DNA of 36,827 bases from Armatimonadota bacterium (GTDB lineage Bacteria > Armatimonadota > Zipacnadia > Zipacnadales > UBA5352): the NCBI GenBank assembly GCA_034722055.1, contig JAYENL010000131.1:1-36827 (forward strand), in the 5' to 3' direction. Made by a program: the position numbers and the translations under genes. Below, in pieces: positions 17,771 through 25,684 of the stretch. A model generated the notes under the pieces. It did not search any database. It was not told the DNA's origin and worked only from the letters and a program-made list of their open reading frames with translations. Every line of letters starts with the position of its first letter. Positions within the stretch are counted from its first letter, which is position 1.

Positions 17771-19654
17771 GGCGCTGGATAGGGATCGGCATCATCGTGG
17801 CAATCATCGCCGCCGGAAGCTGGTGGTACCTGCGCGGCAGGTCCCAGCCCGAGGAGGATGGCGAGCTGCCCACGGCCCAGGTCACCAGGGGCGACCTGCT
17901 GGTGACCGTCGCGGCCACCGGCGTATTGGAGCCGCTCACCACCGTGGAGGTCAAGTCGCGCAGCGGGGGGGAGATCAAGACCCTCTACGTCGAGGCCGGG
18001 GACTACGTCGAGGCTGGGCAGCTTATCGCCCAGCTCGACCCCACCGACCTGCAGAGCCAGGTCGATCAGGCTCGGGCCCAGGTGCGGTCGGCGAACGCCC
18101 GCGTGCAGCAGTCGCACTACTCCGCCGAGGCCCAGGAGGAGCAGACACGCACCCAGACCCGGGAGGCACGGGCGTCGCTGGAGACGGCGCGGGCGCGCCT
18201 CCGGCAGGCTGAGATCCAGCTCGAGCAGACGCGCCAGAGCACCGAGCAGCAGATCGTCCAGGCCACAGCGCGGCTGGACTCGGCGCGCGCGGCTGGCGCA
18301 GGCTCGCGCTCAGGAGGAGACCGAGCCCACGCTCACCGCCGCCCAGATCGCGCAGGCGGAGGCGAGCCTGCACAGCGCGCAGCAGGAGCTGGCGTCCCTG
18401 GAGGCCGGGAACCGGCCCGAGGAGATCGCGCAGGCCCGGTCCCGCGTTGACGAGGCCCAGGCGGTCTTCGAGAACGCCGAGAAGGAGCTGTGCCGCCAGG
18501 AGGCGCTGGCCGCCAAGGGCTTCGTGTCCCAGCAGGACCTGGACACGGCGCGCCGCAGCAGGCGCACCGCACAGGCGCAGCTTGACTCCGCGAAGCAGAA
18601 CCTGGCACTGGTGGAGGCCGGGCCGCGGGAGGAGGACATCGAGCGCGCCAGGGCCCAGGTGCGCCAGGCGAAGGCGTCGCTGGAGGCGGCGCGGGCGCAG
18701 CAGGTGCAGGTGAAGATTCGCGCCCAGGAGCGAGAGGCCGCCGAGGCCTCGGTGGCCGAGGCCGAGGCCGCGCTCCGCTCCGCCGAGGCCGACCGGCGAA
18801 CCATCGACGTCCGGCAGGGCGACGTGGAGGCCGCCCGGCGGTCGGTGGAGCAGGCGGAGGCGGCCCTGGAGCGGGCGGAGTCCGGCAGGCTCACCACGGC
18901 CGTCCGCCGCCGCGAGATCGATGCGGCCATGGCCGATCTCAGCCGAACCCAGGCACAGCTTGACGACCAGCTCTACAGCTTTGAGCACACCACCATCGTC
19001 GCCCCACGGAGCGGGGTCATCCTGACCAAGCACGTCGAGGAGGGGACGGTGGTGCCGGCGGGGACGGCGGCGCTGGCCCAGGGCACCGCCATCGTCACCA
19101 TCGCCGACATCACGGAGATGTACGTGATGGCCGACGTGGACGAGGTGGACATCTCCCGGGTGGCGCTGAAGCAGCCGGTGGAGATCAACGTCGAGACGCT
19201 GCCCAATGTCGAGATCAAGGGGCGAGTTGACAAGATCTTCCCGCAGGGCCAGGAGGAGACTAACGTTGTCTACTTCCCGGTGCGCATCAAAGTCCTGGAC
19301 CTGCACCCCGATCTGCGGCCGGGCATGACGGTGGATGTGAGCATCCTGACGGCCGAGCGGCACGATGTACTGCTCGTCCCCGACGCGGCCATCGATCGCT
19401 CGGGCGGGATGACCACCGTGGAGGTGCTGCCCGAGCCTGACGCCGAGCCGGTGCAGCGCGAGGTGGAGGTGGGGGTCACGGACTGGCAGCAGACTGAGGT
19501 CATCAGCGGCCTGAAGGCGGGCGAGACGGTCGTGCTGCCCAGCGGCGCACCAGGGGCTCAGATGCAGTTCGGCGAGGGCCCGGGCGAGCAGCGGGGAGGG
19601 GCCGGGCGCAGCGCCCGGCGTGCCACAGGCATGATCCGTCGAGGGCGGCGCTAA
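17767..19654 (+). pseudogene. Efflux periplasmic adaptor (MFP/HlyD, MacA-like), frameshifted at about 18283-18292
   Basis: N-terminal half (TM anchor, VAATGVLEP..VEVKSRSGGEI..LYVEAGD) is in one frame. C-terminal half (IVAPRSGVI, VDEVDI, LRPGMT, VEVGVTD..TEVISGL) is in the +1 frame, open from 18293. Confidence 0.85.
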
Positions 19655-19677
19655 GTCCGCCCCACGTGGAGCGAAAC

Positions 19678-20382
19678 ATGGCGCTGATCGAGATATCCAA
19701 CCTGCGCAAGGTCTACCGCATGGGCGAGGTCCAGGTCCACGCCCTGCGTGGGGTGACTCTGAGCATTGATTCCGGCGACTACCTGGCGATTACGGGGCCG
19801 TCGGGCTCGGGCAAGTCCACCCTCATGAACCTCCTGGGCTGCCTCGATACGCCCACCAACGGCACCTACGTGCTGGACGGCGAGGATGTCAGCCGCCTCA
19901 GCCCCGACCGGCTGGCGGGCGTGCGCAACCGCCAGATCGGCTTCGTCTTCCAGCAGTTCAACCTCCTCCCGCGGGCGACCGCCGCACAGAACGTGGAGCT
20001 GCCGCTGGTCTACGGCGGCGTGGCCAGACGGCGGGAGATGGCCATGCGCTCCCTGGAGCGGGTGGGCCTGGCCGACCGCGCACACCACCGGCCCCGGGAG
20101 CTGTCGGGGGGAGAGCAGCAGCGCGTGGCTATCGCCCGAGCCCTGGTCAACAGCCCCAGCATCGTGCTTGCCGACGAGCCCACCGGCAACCTCGACACCG
20201 CCACCGGGGACGAGATCCTGGACCTGTTCGACGAGCTGAACGCCGAGGGCATCACCGTGGTCACAGTCAGCCACGATCCCCATGTGGCCCAGCGCTGTCA
20301 GCGGATGGTGCGGCTGGTGGACGGGGAGATCGTGGGCGACGGGCGCAACAATGAGCCCGCCACGGGCGGTGATGACGGGTGA
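19678..20382 (+). CDS. ABC transporter ATP-binding protein (MacB/LolD-like)
   Basis: Walker A GPSGSGKST, GFVFQQFNL, LSGGEQQRVAIARAL, LADEPTGNLD. Confidence 0.96.
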   Translation: MALIEISNLRKVYRMGEVQVHALRGVTLSIDSGDYLAITGPSGSGKSTLMNLLGCLDTPTNGTYVLDGEDVSRLSPDRLAGVRNRQIGFVFQQFNLLPRATAAQNVELPLVYGGVARRREMAMRSLERVGLADRAHHRPRELSGGEQQRVAIARALVNSPSIVLADEPTGNLDTATGDEILDLFDELNAEGITVVTVSHDPHVAQRCQRMVRLVDGEIVGDGRNNEPATGGDDG

Positions 20383-21578
20383 GCCTGCTGGAGGCGCTGC
20401 GGTCGGCATATCAGAGCCTGATGGCCAACAAGACCCGGTCGGTGCTCACCATGCTGGGGGTGATCATCGGCGTGGCGGCTGTGCTCACGGTCGTGGCCAT
20501 CGGCGAGGGCCTGAAGGCCGATACCCTGGAGCGCATCCGCTCTCTGGGCACGAACCTGATCATGGTCAGGCCCGGCGGCGGCCGTGGCTTCGGACGCGGC
20601 TCGCGTCCTGGACGCCTCGTCGGGGAGGATGTCGAGGCGCTCGAGGAGGAGCTGCAGCGGGTGTCGGCCATCGCGCCTGTCGTGCAGTCAAGCGCCACCG
20701 CCAAGTACCGGAACCTCACCCACTCCACCCAGGTCGTGGGCAGCAACTCCCAGTGGTCGCATGTGATGAACTTCGAGATTGCCCACGGCCGCTTCCTGAG
20801 CCCCACCGAGCAGCGAGCCCGCGCGCGGGTTGCGGTGCTCGGCCAGGACGTGATCGACGAGCTCTTCTATGGCCGCCCGCTGGTGGGTGAGTTCATCCGC
20901 GTCGATGGCATCCCCTTTGAGGTCATCGGAATCCTGGAGGAGAAGGGCGGGGGCTGGGGCAACCCCGACGATCAGATCGTCATCCCACTGAGCACCGCCC
21001 GGCAGCGGCTGGTGGGCAACGCCGACCTGCGCGGCATCTACATCTCCGCCGTCAGCGAGGATGCCGTCGCTGACGTCATTGAGAGGGTCAAGCAGGTGCT
21101 GCGACGCACCCACCGCGTGACCGAGATGACCGAGGACTTCCGGATCCGCGACCAAGCTGAGATTCTCGCCACCGTAACTGAGACCACCCAGCAGATCACG
21201 CTGTTCGTGGGCGGGATCGCCCTGGTGTCGCTGATCGTGGGCGGGGTGGGCATCATGAATATCATGTTGGTGTCGGTGACCGAGCGGACCCGCGAGATCG
21301 GCATCCGCAAGGCCGTCGGCGCCCGCCGCCGGGACATCCTGGCGCAGTTCCTCATCGAGTCCGTGATGCTCAGCGTCCTCGGCGGTGCCATCGGCATCGC
21401 CATCGGATTCGCCGCCTCTCGGGCGCTGGCCGGAGCTCTGCGGTGGCAGACACTGGTGCCGCCGTGGGCGGTCGCAGTCAGCTTCCTGTTCGCCGCCGCG
21501 GTGGGGGTCTTCTTCGGGTGGTATCCGGCCCGGAAGGCCGCGCTGCTCGACCCCATCGAGTGTCTGAGGTACGAGTAG
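20379..21578 (+). CDS. ABC transporter permease (MacB/FtsX family)
   Basis: RSVLTMLGVIIGVAAV, SLIVGGVGIMNIMLVSVTERTREIGIRKAVGA, FFGWYPARKAA.LDPIECLRYE. Confidence 0.96.
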   Translation: MSLLEALRSAYQSLMANKTRSVLTMLGVIIGVAAVLTVVAIGEGLKADTLERIRSLGTNLIMVRPGGGRGFGRGSRPGRLVGEDVEALEEELQRVSAIAPVVQSSATAKYRNLTHSTQVVGSNSQWSHVMNFEIAHGRFLSPTEQRARARVAVLGQDVIDELFYGRPLVGEFIRVDGIPFEVIGILEEKGGGWGNPDDQIVIPLSTARQRLVGNADLRGIYISAVSEDAVADVIERVKQVLRRTHRVTEMTEDFRIRDQAEILATVTETTQQITLFVGGIALVSLIVGGVGIMNIMLVSVTERTREIGIRKAVGARRRDILAQFLIESVMLSVLGGAIGIAIGFAASRALAGALRWQTLVPPWAVAVSFLFAAAVGVFFGWYPARKAALLDPIECLRYE

Positions 21579-21655
21579 CCGCAAGCTACAAGCTGCAAGC
21601 AACGACTCAACGACAGGGACTGACAGGCAACCGCCGCAGCCGGGCCCTCCGATCG

Positions 21656-22897
21656 TCAGTCCGAGCTGAGGCGGTACTCCCACACCCCGTTGGCGCCGCC
21701 CGCCAGCAGCACCTCCATGTCCTCCCCCGGCGGCTGCCAGGCTCGCAGCGCCGGCCAGACCGCATCCGGATCGATCATCTCGCGCGCCTCCCGGTAGAGC
21801 TCCTCGCCCTGGGCGTCGTAGATGTGCAGGAAGGTCGCCTCCCAGGCCGAGGACACCACCAGCACGGCCACATGCGGCTGATTCGGCCGCAGGGCTACCG
21901 GCGTGGCAATGACGCGGTCGAAGGGCATGGCCTCCTCCGCCTCGAGCTCCAGGACGGTCTCGCCCTTCAGGTCGAACAGCTCCAGCCGCCTGCTGGCGGT
22001 CGTGAGCACGTGCGGATCGCCGGACGTCGTCGGCCAGCGGCAGACGGTGAAGCCCATGAACACATTGGTCGGCAGCGCGCCGATGGGCCGCCCGATGCTG
22101 TGCGTGACCTTGCCGTCCCTGTCGCGTCCGACCAGCTCCATCTCCCTCTCCTCCTGGCTCATTCGGGAGTGGACGACCTCCGGCTGACCGTCCCCGTCCA
22201 TGTCCATCATCTGCACCTGCGCCCCGGACATCCCCGTCTCCAGCGGCTGCCGCCATGCCAGGGCACCGTCGCTCTCCAGGAGGAACAGCCCCTCGAGGCT
22301 GCTCCCGGCGAACTCCAGCTCGCCGTCGCCGTCCACGTCGCCCGGCGCCAGCAGCCAGCTATGCTCGAGGTCGGAGGGCAGCGTCCAGAGGGTCTGCCCG
22401 TCGTGGCCGATCAGCTCCGGGGTGTGCGTGCTCCAGAGCACGTCCCCGCGCCTAAGGTACTCGCAGACGCCGTCGCCGTCCACGTCCACCACCGCGAGAA
22501 CGTCGGCGGCCCGCTTGCCGCCGCGCGGGAATCCCTGGAAGGACGTCAGCGTCCCGTCCAGAGCGAGGAAGGCCGCCCCGTCGCGCCCGACGGCCACGAT
22601 CTCCTCCCCCTCCTGACCGTCGAGGTCGCCGATGGCAATGTCAGTGACCGGACCCAGCCGGGAGTCTTCGAAGAGCGTGCTCTTGGCAAGGAGGTCCTCG
22701 CCCACCACGGGCTGAGTGGCGTCCAGCATCCCCGGTCGGGACATCTGGGGCAGTGAGGGACGAATGACGTAGAGCCACATGAGGATGGTGCCCACGACCG
22801 CGAGCACCGCCAGCAGCGCCAGCCCCCCGCAGCAGGCGAAGATGATGGTACGGTCCGAGGACGAAGTGCCCGTCCCGCGTCCACGCTCCTGTGCCAT
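21656..22897 (-). CDS. Membrane-anchored FG-GAP/VCBS-repeat beta-propeller protein
   Basis: Single N-terminal TM helix; repeated GDLDGQEGEEIV, DVDGDGVCE, GDVDGDGELEF, DMDGDGQPEVV. Confidence 0.8.
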   Translation of the reverse strand: MAQERGRGTGTSSSDRTIIFACCGGLALLAVLAVVGTILMWLYVIRPSLPQMSRPGMLDATQPVVGEDLLAKSTLFEDSRLGPVTDIAIGDLDGQEGEEIVAVGRDGAAFLALDGTLTSFQGFPRGGKRAADVLAVVDVDGDGVCEYLRRGDVLWSTHTPELIGHDGQTLWTLPSDLEHSWLLAPGDVDGDGELEFAGSSLEGLFLLESDGALAWRQPLETGMSGAQVQMMDMDGDGQPEVVHSRMSQEEREMELVGRDRDGKVTHSIGRPIGALPTNVFMGFTVCRWPTTSGDPHVLTTASRRLELFDLKGETVLELEAEEAMPFDRVIATPVALRPNQPHVAVLVVSSAWEATFLHIYDAQGEELYREAREMIDPDAVWPALRAWQPPGEDMEVLLAGGANGVWEYRLSSD

Positions 22898-22918
22898 TTC
22901 CGACCCCCCTCGCGTCAC

Positions 22919-23887
22919 CTATGGCCTCTCGCGAGGAGTCTCCAGCACGTCGGCAAGCTGCCGAAAGGCCCCCACGACGATATCGTGCTTCGACTGCTCC
23001 GACTGCCATGCCACGTGCGGTGTGACGATCACGCTGGCCATGCTCGGCAGCGGATTGCCCTCCTCGGGCGGCTCCGGCTCCAGCACATCCAACCCCGCAG
23101 CAGCGATCTCCCCCGCCTCCAGGGCCTCGATCAGCGCCTGCTCGTCGATGATCGCCCCGCGGGCGGTGTTGATCAGAATCGCGCTCCTCTTCATCACAGA
23201 CAGTTCGCCGCCACCGATCAGATGCCTCGTCTCATCACTGAGCGGACAGTTGATGGAGACCACGTCGCAGCTCGCCAGCAGCTCGTTCAGCTTCACCAGC
23301 TCCACCCCCAGCTCTCGCGCCGTGCCGGGAGGCAGATACGGGTCGCAGGCCACGACCTGCATGCCCAGGGCCTGCAGGCGCGTGGCGAGGGCGCTGCCGA
23401 TGGCTCCCAGGCCGATGATCCCCGCCCGGCGGCCGCGCAGCCGCGGGATCTGCACGTCGCGCCCCGCGCCCCAGCTCCCTGCGCGTGTGCGCTGTGCGAA
23501 GTGGCAGATGCGCCTTACCAGGCCCAGCAGCAGCCCCAGGGCGTGGTCGGCCACCTCCTCGGTGCAGTACCCCTGGACGTTCCGCACCTCGACGCCCAGC
23601 TCTTCCGCCGCCTCCAGGTCCACGTTGTCGAGGCCGACGCCGTAGCGAACGATGGCGCGCAGGTTCGGGAGAGCCCTGAGGACCTCGCGGCTCACGGCCG
23701 CCCCCGTGATGAGGATTGCGTCCGCGTCGGCACAGCACTCGATGAGCTGCTGGGGGGTGCTGGCGCGCCGGGCCTCGATGCGCAGCGGCAGATGGCGGAC
23801 GTGGGCGAGCGCCTCCTGCGGATACTCCAAGCGGCCGGTGGTGTCCACGACCAGCAGCTCGTCCCCGGCGGCCCTCTCGGCGGCCAT
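22919..23887 (-). CDS. D-isomer-specific 2-hydroxyacid dehydrogenase (SerA/CtBP-like)
   Basis: RYGVGLDNVD, EEVADHA, GIIGLGAIG, INTARG, AAGLDVLEPEP, VTPHVAW; TGATG overlap with rraA. Confidence 0.93.
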   Translation of the reverse strand: MAAERAAGDELLVVDTTGRLEYPQEALAHVRHLPLRIEARRASTPQQLIECCADADAILITGAAVSREVLRALPNLRAIVRYGVGLDNVDLEAAEELGVEVRNVQGYCTEEVADHALGLLLGLVRRICHFAQRTRAGSWGAGRDVQIPRLRGRRAGIIGLGAIGSALATRLQALGMQVVACDPYLPPGTARELGVELVKLNELLASCDVVSINCPLSDETRHLIGGGELSVMKRSAILINTARGAIIDEQALIEALEAGEIAAAGLDVLEPEPPEEGNPLPSMASVIVTPHVAWQSEQSKHDIVVGAFRQLADVLETPRERP

Positions 23888-24501
23888 CAGGACTGCCCCC
23901 GCAGCTTCGCGCGCAGCTCGGCGAGAGTGCGCTGCTCCTTCTCCGCGATGGCGCGGCAGTGCTCCAAGGCCTCCTCGGCCATCCGGGGCGGCACCACGAC
24001 CACGCCCAAGCGATCGCCGTAGACGAAGTCGCCGGGGCTGACCACCACGCCGGCGCAGGAGATGGGGATGCCGACTTCGCCCAGCCTGTCGCCGGTCCCG
24101 GCGGCGGGAGTGATCGCGGCTGCGAAGAGCGGGAAGCCCAGCTCGCACACGCCCTCCACGTCGCGGACGGCCCCGTCGATGACCGCGCCGGCGGCGCCAG
24201 CCACCGCGGCCATGTGGCTGAAGATCTCGCCCCACAGGACGGCCTCGGTGTAGCCGCCGCCGTCGATCACGATGACCTGCCCCTCCTCGACGGCCTCGAT
24301 GGCCCGCGAGCAGGCGTCGGTCCCGCCGGGGTAGGCGTGCACCGGCAGCGCCGGGCCGAACGCGCGCACCTGCGGGTCCACGGGCTTGATGCGCGCCGCC
24401 ATGGTGCGGTCCTTGTGGCCCATGCGGAAGAGGGCATCGGAGATGGTGGCGGTGGGGAACCGGGCCATCTCGCGGGCGGCGTCATCGGGTTCCTGTCTCA
24501 C
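23887..24501 (-). CDS. RraA-family protein / putative 4-hydroxy-4-methyl-2-oxoglutarate aldolase
   Basis: TATISDAL, VIVIDGGG, AVLWGE, GAVIDGAVRDV, VSPGDFVYGD..GVVVVP; GTGA overlap with nrpR. Confidence 0.9.
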   Translation of the reverse strand: MRQEPDDAAREMARFPTATISDALFRMGHKDRTMAARIKPVDPQVRAFGPALPVHAYPGGTDACSRAIEAVEEGQVIVIDGGGYTEAVLWGEIFSHMAAVAGAAGAVIDGAVRDVEGVCELGFPLFAAAITPAAGTGDRLGEVGIPISCAGVVVSPGDFVYGDRLGVVVVPPRMAEEALEHCRAIAEKEQRTLAELRAKLRGQS

Positions 24502-25517
24502 TGGATCAGTTCCTCGATCGGCTTGAGATCGGTGTACTCGCAGGTGGTGGACATGGCGTGCTGCTCGATCTCGATGCCGCGCTCGCTGGCGGCGGCCATG
24601 GGCGTGAGCCCGCCGATGACCACCAGCCCCACGCGGTCCATGCCCACCGGGATGTCAAGCAGCGGCTGGCCGGGGGTGCCGACCGCCAGCACGCCCCCGA
24701 GGCCGTGCTCCTTCATGCGCTCGATCAGCGCCAGCGCGTCATCGAGAGCGGCGGCGGGCACCTCGCGGAAGCCCGCTCCGACCATCCCGGCGCCCTCCGT
24801 GGCCGCCTCCCACGATGAGGTCAGGCCGGAGGCGATGAAGATGTGCAGCGGGTCGATGGAGGAGCCGGCGTAGCTCACCAGCTCCACGAAGCGCAGCGGA
24901 TGACCGTCGCGGAGCTGCAGCAGGCCACCGTAGACGGAGCTGACCGGGATGTAGTGGTGCAGCAGCACACCGTTGAGGGTCACGCTGCAAACGGTGCCGA
25001 CCGCCACCATGCCCTCCGGTACGAGCACGTCGCCGAGTCGCTCGCCCTCCTCCACCACCACCAGGTGGCTCATGCACAGGTCGGCCTCCATGACCGTCCT
25101 GGCGCACTCCAAGGCGTCGGGAAGGTCCTCTGCCCTCATGAGCGAGGCGTTGAGGATGACATCGCCCTCGCCAGTGTCCAGGTCAAACGTGGTGGCGTAG
25201 GCCAGGCGATCGATGCGGGCGGCCACGAAGCCGACCTTCTCGGCCACCTGCGCGGCGTCCAGCTCGTGGCGACCGAGGTCAGTCAGCACCCGGCCGGCGT
25301 TGCCCACGGCCTCCGTCAGCCCCCGCTCATCCATAAATTGCAGGTGGTAGCGGACCTGCCGCTCGCTGAGCTCGATGCCCAGCGTCTCCAGCTCGCGCCC
25401 GATGGCACGGGCCCCGAGGGGCTCGTCGATGCCCGAGAGCACGCGCAGGATGGCGAGCATCTTCCTGCGGACGTCACGATCCTCACTCAGCGGCTGTCGC
25501 GTGGCAGGTCGCGCCAA
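24498..25517 (-). CDS. nrpR: NrpR-family nitrogen regulator (wHTH plus a single NRD/DUF128 domain)
   Basis: ILRVL....PLGARAI..EL...G..LSERQVRYHL..MDERGLT, GDVILNAS, GTVCSVTLNGVLL, YGGLLQ, RFVELVSYAGSSIDPL.IF, GGLTPMAA; TTG 25517 follows SD GGAGTGAT (alternative GTG 25526). Confidence 0.9.
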   Translation of the reverse strand: MARPATRQPLSEDRDVRRKMLAILRVLSGIDEPLGARAIGRELETLGIELSERQVRYHLQFMDERGLTEAVGNAGRVLTDLGRHELDAAQVAEKVGFVAARIDRLAYATTFDLDTGEGDVILNASLMRAEDLPDALECARTVMEADLCMSHLVVVEEGERLGDVLVPEGMVAVGTVCSVTLNGVLLHHYIPVSSVYGGLLQLRDGHPLRFVELVSYAGSSIDPLHIFIASGLTSSWEAATEGAGMVGAGFREVPAAALDDALALIERMKEHGLGGVLAVGTPGQPLLDIPVGMDRVGLVVIGGLTPMAAASERGIEIEQHAMSTTCEYTDLKPIEELIQ

Positions 25518-25580
25518 TGGTATCACTCCGGGTCAGGATGGCACGGACGGCTTCCGGTGGGGTCAACAGGCGGCAGGTGG

Positions 25581-25610
25581 AGAATACCGGCAGAGAGACA
25601 GCCGTGTCAA
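25581..25610 (-). promoter_or_regulatory. sigma70-type promoter of the nrpR operon
   Basis: Minus strand TTGACA, 18 nt, TATTCT. Confidence 0.7.
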
Positions 25611-25684
25611 GCAGGGGCGAAAGCCTCGTCCGCCCAGCCGCCCCGGCGAGGATGCGCACCGGCTGCCCACGGCTCCTGCCCGGC

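Noticed and set aside
25518..25684. Canonical archaeal NrpR operator GGAA-N6-TTCC upstream of nrpR
   Set aside because: Only CGGA-N5-TCCG (25544-25556) is present, which does not fit the consensus and is likely by chance in high-GC DNA.
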